A stretch of 63,352 bases of DNA, counting the filler, from Octopus bimaculoides (Eukaryota): assembly GCF_001194135.2 (NCBI RefSeq). It is 4 parts of 4 records of this genome, joined end to end, with 100 filler letters (N's around TTAATTAATTAA, not from the genome) between each part and the next. Parts side by side here need not be neighbours in the genome. Positions count along the whole stretch, not along the records: positions 1 to 17,723 come from NC_068986.1; positions 17,824 to 24,477 come from NC_069003.1; 2 more parts are not named here. The stretch is one strand, 5' to 3'. A program made the position numbers and the translations under genes. The notes beneath the pieces were generated by a model. It was not told where the DNA came from and did no database searches. It saw nothing but the letters and a program-made list of their open reading frames with translations. Positions 10,830 to 21,956 of this stretch are shown here, one piece after another (positions within the stretch are counted from its first letter, which is position 1; each line of letters starts with the position of its first letter).

Positions 10830-12430
10830 AGTTAATTGCGAATCATTTTGCTAATTCGTCTGAGTTGAGTTTACTGACGTCATATTTATATCTGCTTGAG
10901 ATTATGGACTGGTATTGTACTTTTCTTCAGTTTAAGTATTTTTAATAAGATATTTCGTATTGCTTCTATGGAAGTGCAGCGGTGGGGGCACTATTAAATG
11001 TATTTACTTGTTTCTCATATATTGAAGTGCTACGGGATATTGAATATGTCTTTCTGAGTAAAGAATTTGTGATAGATATCTTATATTCATCCTGACATTT
11101 GCTTCGTGCACTTAACTATATGATTGTATTGTTGATTCTGTTCTTCACTGATGGGAAGTATTTAATCTGGAAGACTGGGATATAAGTTCTGCGAATTTAA
11201 TTCTGTTTGGTGAAACTACTTCGTACGAGAAACTTATTACTAAATTGTTTTGAAATTCTTTTAAATTACTGAAATTGTCAACGTGTCAATTATTGAGTTA
11301 AGGCTCATCAATAAGAGATTTCCATTTTTAATTTACTGGGAACCGTGATTTGTTTATCTCATGTAACTCACGTAGACGCCAGCGAATAAGAAATCGAAGG
11401 AGATGCTGAAATGCATTTGTTTGTTCTATGTATATATACCATTATTCAGTTTTATTTTAAGAGTTGTTGCCAACAGAGAAAGAGCCGGTTTCTAACCTAG
11501 ATCCAAGGTTCCTTTATTGGAATTTCAACATCAACAACGTATGTATGTATGTATTATGTATGTATATATGTATGTATGTACATCATTATTCAGTTTATTT
11601 TAAGATTTCTTGTGAATGGAGAAATAACCGGTTTCTAACCTAGATCCAAGGCTCCTTCATTGGAATTTCAACATCGACAACAGGGTATTTTTGTTTGTAT
11701 GTACATATGTAGGTATGTGCAGATTTGTATCTTTTATGTATGTATTCTCATGCGTATACTCGCATATCTAGACATGCTCATATATATTTAAATGATGAAC
11801 TCCAGGAAAGGTTTACTGATTTTTACACTTTCAGTAATGGATTGGGTGTTTAGTCTCCTAATTAGCTTTCTCCTTTCTGGTTTTTTGAGAACCCTAATTT
11901 CTCAAGACTGGTGTTTAGGAAGTGTATTACATATCCCAAGGCCCCGATAATTGCAGGTATAAACCTGAAATTGTAATCTGGATAGAGTAATTGCAGATTA
12001 CTCAATAGTTCAGCATAGGTGTTCTCTTTATTTCTCTTCTCTTTTTCATTACTTAAACTATTTTTCTATGAAAGAAGGTGCCTTCCAGTGTATGTTTAAT
12101 CGTTGGGATATAGATAACAAACACAATGTCACATTTTAAACTTGAATAGAGTCTTGCATATCTTAACTGTTCCATTTACAGGTTGTATTTCTGATATGGG
12201 AGTTATATGGTTGATTTCATTTTCTGGAAAACCTAGTTATCTAGATTGTCACTAAGGCATTTATTTACTCGCTAAGTCAAATGTACCAATTATTGTTGGT
12301 AAAAATGTAAATGTATTATCTGGGTATAGAGGCTGAAGGCTTTGATGCAATTGTCCGTAGTTAACCTCCTTCTGTTAGATTTTCAAAGAACTATTCTCAT
12401 CAGTAGGAGGGCTGACCTCTATGATGGAAC
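10830..12430 (-). mobile_element. Cluster of decayed R4/Dong-like LINE fragments including two restriction-like endonuclease C-termini
   Basis: Minus strand 12430-12145 reads IIEVSPPTDENSSLKI*QKEVNYGQLHQSLQPLYPDNTFTFLPTIIG...GTVKICKTLFKFKM*. Minus strand 12040-11790 reads KENTYAELLSNLQLLYPDYNFRFIPAIIGALGYV...ESVKISKPFLEFII*. Both match the KYxxL...IPIIIGALG RLE tail. The 10830-11420 part is assigned only by context and is weaker. Confidence 0.7.
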
Positions 12431-12631
12431 GTACTTTTAGTTGTTTAATTGTGTGTATATATCTATGTACGTTTGTGTGTGTATATATGTATGGGTATTT
12501 GCATGTATCTTTGTATGAGTGTATGTAAGTATGCGAATGTCTGTGTATATATGTATATATGTATGCTTGTATGTATGTGTGCGTATATATGTATTTACAG
12601 ATGTACATATGCATGTGTATATATGTGTGTG

Positions 12632-12985
12632 CGGAGGCGCAATGGCCCAGTGGTTAGGGCAGCGGACTTGCGGATCCGTAGGATCGCGGATTCGATTCCC
12701 AGACCGGGCGTTGTGAGTGTTTATTGAGCGAAAACACTTTAAACTCCACGAGGCTCCGGCAGAGGATTGTGGCGAACCTTGATGTACTCTTTCACCACAA
12801 CTTTCTCTCACTCTCTCTTCCTGTTTCTGTTGTACCTGTATTTCAAAGGGCCAGCTTTGTCACATACTGTGTCACACTGAATCTCCCCGAGAACTACGTT
12901 AACGGTACACGTGTCTGTACCCTTGCACGTTAATTTCACGAGCAGGCTGTTTCGTCGATCGGATCAACTGGAACCCTCGACGTCG
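12632..12985 (+). mobile_element. tRNA-derived SINE family C, near full-length
   Basis: tRNA-like head GGAGGCGCAATGGCCCAGTGGTTAGGGCAGCGG...TTCGATTCCC with A and B boxes. The 3' half CTGTGTCACACTGAATCTCCCCGAGAAC...GGATCAACTGGAACCCTC is shared with the 46748 copy. Confidence 0.9.
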
Positions 12986-13403
12986 TATATATATATTTGT
13001 ATATGGATATATGTACGTATGTATGCATACATGTATGTGCGTATGTATCAATGTATGTATGTATGTATGTGTTTATGTATGTCTGTATATATGCATATGT
13101 GTATATGTATATGGATATATGTACATATGGATGCATGCATGTACGTATGTATGAATGAATGTTAGTATAAGTATGTGTGCATGTATGTATGTGGATGTAT
13201 GTTTTTGTGTATGTAATTATGTACGTAAATGTGTATGTCTGTATGTATGTATGTACATATATATGTGTTTATGTATGTGTATATAGATATATGTGCGTAC
13301 GTATGCATGCATGTACATATGTGTGTATGCATGTGTGTGTAAGTATGTATGTGTATATATGGATATATGTACGAACGTAAGCATGCTTGTAAACATGTAC
13401 ATA

Positions 13404-13434
<31 letters not shown>

Positions 13435-14040
13435 ATGTATGTATGCATGTATGTATGTATGTATGTACGTACGTGCATGTTATAGAACGATGTTTTATGC
13501 AACGAACATGATTGCAGCAAATAAATTGAATTATTTCATGCAAAACAGTAATATTTTCTGTAACGCAGCAATCTTTGGCTTAAGTAAACGCAAAAATGGT
13601 CAATTAGTTGACTGAACGAAAGAACCATTATATCGTACCGTCATTTGCTAGTAATACCAGTAAAAGTATTTTCGACCACCTTAAATAAAAATACATTACT
13701 CCAGATAAAAAGTAAGATTGTTACATATTGACCATTGTTTGATATATTTTTGATCAGTAAAACTGTGTTGGATCTAAATAAATAGAAACGACGTCGACTT
13801 CATTTTTAAAATTAGCTTTAACTGCTGATCTGCAGTATCAGTTAATCTAACATCAAAAGAAAGGTAAAATAAAAAAAAAAAAATAACACGTCTGTAGGTC
13901 ACTTTCTATTCGTCGTCTTTTCTTTCTTCAATTTTTTTCCGCGATAGCGTCCTCCATATTTCTTTGCGCATATTACGTCTGGACACAACTAGCATCCAGA
14001 ATAGCTGACCAGCCACAACTAAAAGAAGGAAAAACGGCCA

Positions 14041-14074
<34 letters not shown>

Positions 14075-15194
14075 ACACATACACACACGCTAACATCCTC
14101 CATACACAGAGGCTCACACACACAAATACACACACATAGATACACAAGTAAATCAAACACATCCTTACACATGCAAACACGACGGCATACAAACACAAAA
14201 GGAATTACGCGTACAACTAAAATAAAAAAAAGGAAAATCAAATGAAATATTTTCTTTCATTGAATAACCAATATGCATTAATGATTTCCTGACGTTCATT
14301 GGATATCACCATATTCTACATATACAACACAACGTTAAGCAGCAATTTTTCTCTCTGCTTTTATTTGTGTAAATTAATAAAAAGAAGAAAAAACTGCCCA
14401 AACTATATCACATTTTGTTTCATCTATCAGAGAATGACAAGTCTCCAACACCGCTCCCATTTCTCCTCTGTCTCTGTCCACTCTGTTGCTTTCATGCCTT
14501 GTCTCTCTCTCTCTCTCATTTGCCTGTCTTTTAGTCTTCTATTTCTTCCCCATTCAGCCACAACATAACTGGCCAGAAACTATCAACCGAAGTATTTTTG
14601 GATGAACTGACTAGCAGTGCATTACCGATATGCATTAATGGTTGTGTATCTGCATCGGATATTTGCACATCATATGTATGTACGTGTACATGCGTATGTA
14701 TGTCTCTATGTATATGTGGGAGTATCACTATATATATATGTATATATATATATATATATGTATATATNNNNNNNNNNNNNNNNNNNNNNNNNNNNNNNNN
14801 NNNNNNNNNNNNNNNNNNNNNNNNNNNNNNNNNNNNNNNNNNNNNNNNNNNNNNNNNNNNNNNNNNNNNNNNNNNNNNNNNNNNNNNNNNNNNNNNNNNN
14901 NNNNNNNNNNNNNNNNNNNNNNNNNNNNNNNNNNNNNNNNNNNNNNNNNNNNNNNNNNNNNNNNNNNNNNNNNNNNNNNNNNNNNNNNNNNNNNNNNNNN
15001 NNNNNNNNNNNNNNNNNNNNNNNNNNNNNNNNNNNNNNNNNNNNNNNNNNNNNNNNNNNNNNNNNNNNNNNNNNNNNNNNNNNNNNNNNNNGTGTATGTG
15101 TACATTTAAATACTCATATATATGTATATACATGTATATATTTCAGTAATATATGTTCATATATCTAATTGCTTGTATGCATTCATACACCGAT

Positions 15195-15241
<47 letters not shown>

Positions 15242-15373
15242 CGTACGCACGCAGGCAGGCACGCACGCACTAACATATTTACGTATATACATACATAAAT
15301 ACATACATACCTAATATATATACATACATACATACGCGTGAAATCATACACAATTACCTACGTCGCTTTCTCA

Positions 15374-15437
<64 letters not shown>

Positions 15438-15626
15438 GTGTGTATGTGAATGATTGTTTAGGAACAAGCACACGCATATATATAGAGGAATAAAGAGAAA
15501 CTGCAAGACCGGACGGGAATAAATATGTTATGCATAAGGATGACGCTCGCCTCAAAATGCAAAAAGAGACACACATTTGCCCACACGCACAAACATACAC
15601 ACGCTTATACTTATACACACACACAC

Positions 15627-15683
<57 letters not shown>

Positions 15684-17008
15684 CATATATACACACATGT
15701 GTGTATACATATGTCTATATCGATACACGTCTTGCTTACCAAATGGACATATCTGTTGGGTCTGTATATATATATATATATATATATGAACATGTACTGC
15801 ATATACATATACATATATGCATACATATGTCTGTGTATATGGGTGTCTTTGTGCGTACGTGTTGTATATGTGTGTCTGTGTGTGTAGATATCCAGAAATT
15901 ACCATAGTCATATATTATTTAATCGATATATGCCAGCTTCTTTGAACTCCTGAATGTACTCGATCTATACAATATGTAAAATGGGTACGTAACGTACACT
16001 ATTGATAGCATATCTTGCAGATACGAACGAATCGAATACTTAGATATTTACACCTAGATACATACAATAGCCTCACATCCAGGGTTCTTGTAACACATGC
16101 ACACACCAGCCTCTCACACACAAGCACGCACACACACAACCACATACACGCACATAACCACTATCATACACGCATGCGTATGTGTGTTGAGGCGTGTGTG
16201 CATGTGTGTGTATGTGTGAATATGTGTGAGTGTTTCAAGTATATTTATAAGTGTGTCGAACCATATACATGCTTGCGTGTGCTTGGATGTGTTTGTTCAC
16301 AGATGAAATGATTATACAAATGGAACAAATTTTGTCGATACATCTAATATATAATTTATATAACATATGTTTACAATAGAATTACTTATTTACAATTGTA
16401 TACATATTCTGTGTGTGTGTGTGTGTGTGTGCGTGTGAGAGTATTATGCCATATCATATGCAACATATTTATAGATTTTTTGAGACAAGACTCTATGTCA
16501 CGAGGATCGAAAACATTATACCAACATGCATAATATGCCCGTGGATAGAAGCGTAGTAGCAACAGCTGCATATGCTGCACAATTCAATTCTGTTTGATGC
16601 ACCTTTCTAACCTATCGACGAACTCGCTGCTTAAAAACCGTATTGACATTCGTGACTGAAATAATCTGGCTTGTCCAATTTTGTATGTAAAAGGTTGTTT
16701 TGCAGCTATTTTGAAATATTGTGCGATCGGTTTGGTACTAAAAAAATAATTGAATTTACTAATTTGGTATTTAGAAAATCCATCCTTTCTACTATAGGTA
16801 CACGATCTGAAATTGCTGAAATGTGGAAAGCTAGCTGAACTCCTCGACGACTGCTTTCCATTGGTACTTCTGTCATCGACAGAGAAAGGATTAAATGTTT
16901 AAGTCGAAGTTGACGGAATTTCAAACGCGTAGCATAAAGAGGAACAAAATACCACTAGGTTTTTGTTTTTTCTGGCCGCGCGAGGAAACTACCAGCTCAA
17001 TTATAATG

Positions 17009-17059
<51 letters not shown>

Positions 17060-17723
17060 GTCCTGATGCCTTACTAGGCAGTGGCTCTCATTGCTTCTGA
17101 TCTTAACTGATTGGAAGTGTGTTATCCTGTACATTGTTTTCTCTTGGTATAAAAGATGGGCTACAGCCAATATTCTGCTCAATTCCACAGATTTACTTGC
17201 CAGTTGCTTGACCTTAACCTGCTGAGCATGTCGCTTAGTGTCCAACGATATGTGTATATCTAACCACGACGAAAAGTAGCGAAGGAGCATCATAGCCATG
17301 TGTTCAGAGGAATTTTTGGGGGTTTGGATAATTCACATTTGGAAACAATAGTGTTTCGTTCAACATCCTTAAACAACCTTTATTCAGGAACCTTTTGAGC
17401 GAGATGGGCAACTGAACCCGAAGAAAAGTGTAACTGGGCACCACCTGCAAGATCATGCGCTGTTTATTTTCATATAAGATCACCATGGTTGTGAATGCAT
17501 GTGCCTGGTGTACCATTATCATTCGTATAATTATGGACATCGCTCTTATGTATTTAAATGTACACTGTATTTATATAAATAATATATAGTCTATTGACTA
17601 GTTTTTTCTTCTCGCTAGGCAACTGGTAACAAAAAGAATTTGTAAATTTTTTGCTACCCTAAGATTTGTAAATAACACATATTTATGTATGTATATATAA
17701 ATGTATGCGTGTGTTTATATATA

Positions 17724-17823
17724 NNNNNNNNNNNNNNNNNNNNNNNNNNNNNNNNNNNNNNNNNNNNTTAATTAATTAANNNNNNNNNNNNNNNNNNNNN
17801 NNNNNNNNNNNNNNNNNNNNNNN
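17724..17823. other. Assembly gap marker 44N-TTAATTAATTAA-44N (also 24478-24577 and 32659-32758)
   Basis: An identical 100-bp layout occurs three times. The 12-mer is a palindrome with stops in all six frames. Confidence 0.9.
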
Positions 17824-17861
17824 TATATATATATATATGAAACAAATGATGATGATGATCA

Positions 17862-18150
17862 TCATCATCGTTTAACATCCGCTTTCCATGCTAGCATGGG
17901 TTGGACGATTTGACTGAGGACTGGTGAAACCAGATGGCTACACCAGGCTCCAATCTGATTTGGCAGAGTTTCTACAGCTGGATGCCCTTCCTAACGCCAA
18001 CCACTCAGAGAGTGTAGTGGGTGCTTTCATGTGCCACCGGCATGAAGGCCAGTCAGGCGGGACTGGCAACGGCCACGCTCAAAATGGTGTATTTTATGTG
18101 CCACCTGCACAAGAGCCAGTCCAGGGGCACTGGCAACGATTTCGCTCAAA
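17862..18150 (-). mobile_element. Retroposon 3' end with (GAT)n tail, copy 1
   Basis: High identity to 18705-19150 (CATCGTTTAACATCCGC...CTGGATGCCCTTCCTAACGCCAACC). The (ATC)n run at the left end is the tail on the minus strand. Confidence 0.8.
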
Positions 18151-18704
18151 AATCCTTACGGAGATGGAAAATGAAATACATTGCTCACAATGATGGTTTC
18201 GACACATCCTGCATTGGTCCCTCACAGACAGGAAACCATACACCTAGTTATGATGCATCCTTCGGAGTAGAAGCATCTCGTCTGGTGATGTAATGAGGTA
18301 TCTTGTTAAGTGATCTCTGTTTCACTCGGATTTAATACAGCATGTTGCTAGTGATTGTAGGTTTGCAACAGAATCTGTCCCTTACCATTCCTACTCCTAC
18401 CCAATGGCTTAAACCAAGGGATTTACCACAATTAGTTGTATAGTTTCCCACCTGCAAGGGATCACTGCAAGATGTGTGGAAATGATCGTTGTGAGCAATA
18501 AAGTTCCCTGTGTATTCCATTTTCCCTCTCTATTATTTTTTTTATATTCAACATACACTGAGGAATTCCTGAGGTATATCCAGCAACAACTGTGTAATTA
18601 CTGTAGATGACATCAGGTAGTCATAGGCAGAGAATGTGCTTTATCAGTGCACTACTAGGAACATACCTACCACTTAAATATATATATATGTATATATGTT
18701 ATCA

Positions 18705-19150
18705 TCATCATCATCATCGTTTAACATCCGCCTTCCATGCTAGCATGGGTTGGACGATTTGACTGAGGACTGGTGAACCAGATGGCTGCACCAGGCTCCA
18801 ATCTGATCTGGCAGAGTTTCTACAGCTGGATGCCCTTCCTAACGCCAACCAGTCCAAGAGTGTTGTGGGTGCTTTTACATGCCACCGGCACGCAAGCCAG
18901 TCAGGCAGTACTGGCAATGGCCACACTCAAATGGTGTTTTTTATGTGCCACCTGCACAGGAGTCAGTCCAGAGGCACTGGCAATGACCTCACTCGAAGTG
19001 CCAGTAGGGCGACGCTGGTAACGATCACGCTCAAATGGTGCTATTTACGTGCCACTGGCATGGAAGCCAGACAGCTGCTCTGGCAATGATGACGCTCGGA
19101 TGGTGCTCTTAGCGCTCCATTGGTACAGGTGCCATCACGATTTTGATTTC
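18705..19150 (-). mobile_element. Retroposon 3' end with (GAT)n tail, copy 2, with internal degenerate tandem subrepeats
   Basis: Direct repeat of 17862-18150. Contains repeated GTGCCAC...CTGGCAA(T/C)G...CGCTC units. Confidence 0.8.
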
Positions 19151-19942
19151 ACTTGCCCCATACATATATATGTGTGTGTGTGTGTGTGTGTNNNNNNNNN
19201 NNNNNNNNNNNNNNNNNNNNNNNNNNNNNNNNNNNNNNNNNNNNNNNNNNNNNNNNNNNNNNNNNNNNNNNNNNNNNNNNNNNNNNNNNNNNNNNNNNNN
19301 NNNNNNNNNNNNNNNNNNNNNNNNNNNNNNNNNNNNNNNNNNNNNNNNNNNNNNNNNNNNNNNNNNNNNNNNNNNNNNNNNNNNNNNNNNNNNNNNNNNN
19401 NNNNNNNNNNNNNNNNNNNNNNNNNNNNNNNNNNNNNNNNNNNNNNNNNNNNNNNNNNNNNNNNNNNNNNNNNNNNNNNNNNNNNNNNNNNNNNNNNNNN
19501 NNNNNNNNNNNNNNNNNNNNNNNNNNNNNNNNNNNNNNNNNNNNNNNNNNNNNNNNNNNNNNNNNNNNNNNNNNNNNNNNNNNNNNNNNNNNNNNNNNNN
19601 NNNNNNNNNNNNNNNNNNNNNNNNNNNNNNNNNNNNNNNNNNNNNNNNNNNNNNNNNNNNNNNNNNNNNNNNNNNNNNNNNNNNNNNNNNNNNNNNNNNN
19701 NNNNNNNNNNNNNNNNNNNNNNNNNNNNNNNNNNNNNNNNNNNNNNNNNNNNNNNNNNNNNNNNNNNNNNNNNNNNNNNNNNNNNNNNNNNNNNNNNNNN
19801 NNNNNNNNNNNNNNNNNNNNNNNNNNNNNNNNNNNNNNNNNNNNNNNNNNNNNNNNNNNNNNNNNNNNNNNNNNNNNNNNNNNNNNNNNNNNNNNNNNNN
19901 NNNNNNNNNNNNNNNNNNNNNNNNNNNNNNNNNNNNNNNNNN

Positions 19943-20015
<73 letters not shown>

Positions 20016-20129
20016 AAGTGCACACACATATAGATAATGTATATATGTGTATATATATGCGTGTGTCTGTATGTATGGTTCTGATATGAGTTTATTTATG
20101 AGTGAGATAATGTTTAGATTGCTGGAACA

Positions 20130-21470
20130 TCTAGTTTAAAATGATGCAGGAGGATCAAAGGTGACAATGCTTCAGAATGGCTTCATGGTGACAGACAAAG
20201 GTGAGAGGGAAAAGGTATGCAAAACCTTCTACACCAACCTTTTAAATCATCAGTGAAGCTTGATCTTCCCCCCACCACAAATGTTGGAAGAGGCGCCAGC
20301 TATTCTGGTCAGTGAAACTGAAAATGCCCTCAAATTGATGAGAATAGACAAAGCTCCTGGGAAAGATGGCATCACAACAGAGATGTTAAGATGCAGAGGT
20401 GATGAGCTGTGGATACTCCTTGTTCCACACTTCAATTGCAACCTAAGGCGGGCAAAATACCCTCAATGTGGAAAGAATCAAATACCAGCTTGTTTCGTAA
20501 GAAGGGAGATAAAGAAGGTTTAAAAAAAAACTATTGTCCCATATTCCTCTTGGATCACTTCTATTAGTTGTTTGCAAAGGTCATAGTCACCAGACTATTG
20601 AAACACCTTAACAACCTACAGACAAGATAGCAAGCAGGTTTCCATAGGAACTACTGTATACTGGATCACGTATTCACTTTAACACAGCTCATAGAATGAA
20701 AAAGTTAATAGAAGCTTCCTGTAGCATCACAGAGGCAGCTTGTATTCCTTTGATGACAAAAATGCCTTCAATAGAATCAATAAGAATACAGTGTTGAAAT
20801 CCCTGGAGATGCAAGATATCAAAGTGCAATACATCAAACTGCTCAGAGATGCAAACTTTGGATGCACATCAGATATAGCTCTGCTATCACTACCAATAAG
20901 GGTTCCAATTGGTTAGGGTGTCAAGCAAGGAGATACTATCTCTCCAAAGCTCTTTAACGCATGTCTAGAAATGGTCATCAAGGACATTGGTTGGACAGGT
21001 GATGAACAACTAACAGACATTCAATTTACAGATGACATTGTACTCATTGCTGAAACCACAGACCAGCTGCAGAAATTGATGCTGATAGAACTGGACACTC
21101 AGAGCTTAGCAGTAGGTCATAAAATGAACTGCATGGAAACAAAATATATCTTGGCACAGGGAATATGTGCCAAGATATGAAATCTGAAACAGAATACAGG
21201 CAAGATGGGAGGCATTTGAGTCAATTAAGGATGTGCTCAAAACAAGGCTAGACAATACCATACATGCCAGACTCTTCAATTGTCTTGGCTGTGCTACTAT
21301 ATACAAGTGAGACATGAGCCAATACGAAGAGGATAGAACATCAATTGGCTATGTTGCAAAAGGCCATCGAAAGAGACACACTAGGAATATATTATGTGAG
21401 CATATTCAAAATGAGATAATTTGTGAATGGAGTGGAGTGAATGATGTGATTGCAGAATAGAAATAAGAGC
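20130..21470 (+). mobile_element. Degenerate RTE-clade LINE, RT region
   Basis: Broken frames give ALKLMRIDKAPGKDGITTEML, NYCPIFLL, QAGFHRN..LDHVFTLTQLIE, GVKQGDTISPKLFNACLE and QFTDDIVLIAETTDQLQKL (FxDD catalytic motif). Many stops. Confidence 0.88.
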
Positions 21471-21714
21471 TAAAATGCTCAAATGTTGTAATCAACACAC
21501 ATAAAATGTAAACATATACATTAACAGGGAACTTAATCCAGTTCTATATTTAAGAGATGAGGAATTATGTACATTACTTACATTAAGAGCGTGGGCTACT
21601 AACCCCAAGATTCCAAGTTCAATTCCAAGCAGTGACCTGAACAACAACAATAATAATAATAATAATAATATTAAAAAAAAAAAAAGGATTGACGTAACTC
21701 TTCACGAAGGTAAA

Positions 21715-21835
21715 TAGTCAAGACGAAGAGTGCGATTTTAGATGTTTTACTTTTTGAACAATATTTCGACAGATGTTCTGTCGAAATATTGTTCAAAAAA
21801 TAAAACATCTAAAATCGCACTCTTCGTCTTGACTA
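21715..21835. mobile_element. Palindromic MITE-like insertion (59-bp arms, 58/59, 3-nt loop), TA at both ends
   Basis: TAGTCAAGACGAAGAGTGCG...CGACAGA-TGT-TCTGTCG...CGCACTCTTCGTCTTGACTA. The hairpin is certain; the MITE call is inferred. Confidence 0.6.
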
Positions 21836-21909
21836 ATAATAATAATAATAATAACAACAACATTGAAAAATACCTTAGGAATGAGAACCCAGGTTCGAAA
21901 TTTCCCCAA

Positions 21910-21956
21910 GACACCTGATGAAGGCTTGGAGGGTATATCAGCCGAAACATTGTGTT
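21910..21956 (+). ncRNA. Minimal type-I hammerhead ribozyme-like motif
   Basis: GACAC-CTGATGA-A-GGCT(TGGAGGGTATATC)AGCC-GAAA-CATT-GTGTT. Stem I is GACAC/GTGTT and stem II is GGCT/AGCC, around an intact CUGAUGA...GAAA core. Stem III reads ACAT; a single CpG-type change from the palindrome ACGT would explain it. Confidence 0.65.

Noticed and set aside
12370-12410. Minus-strand CTGATGAGAATAGTTCTTTGAAA resembling a hammerhead core
   Set aside because: It lies within the coding frame of the R4-like endonuclease relic (PTDENSSLK), and stem pairing is poor.
12632-12705. tRNA-like sequence with A and B boxes
   Set aside because: It continues directly into a SINE body and does not form a complete cloverleaf with acceptor stem. 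It is a SINE head, not a tRNA gene.
16706-16924. 72-aa minus-strand ORF and a short plus-strand frame VHDLKLLKCGKLAELLDDCFPL in unique sequence
   Set aside because: No recognisable motif and no convincing splice-site pair.
19049-20037. Long ORFs of 250-550 aa spanning N-runs (also at 36.4, 40.7, 42.8, 57.2, 58.6 and 61.5 kb)
   Set aside because: They are open only because N translates as X.
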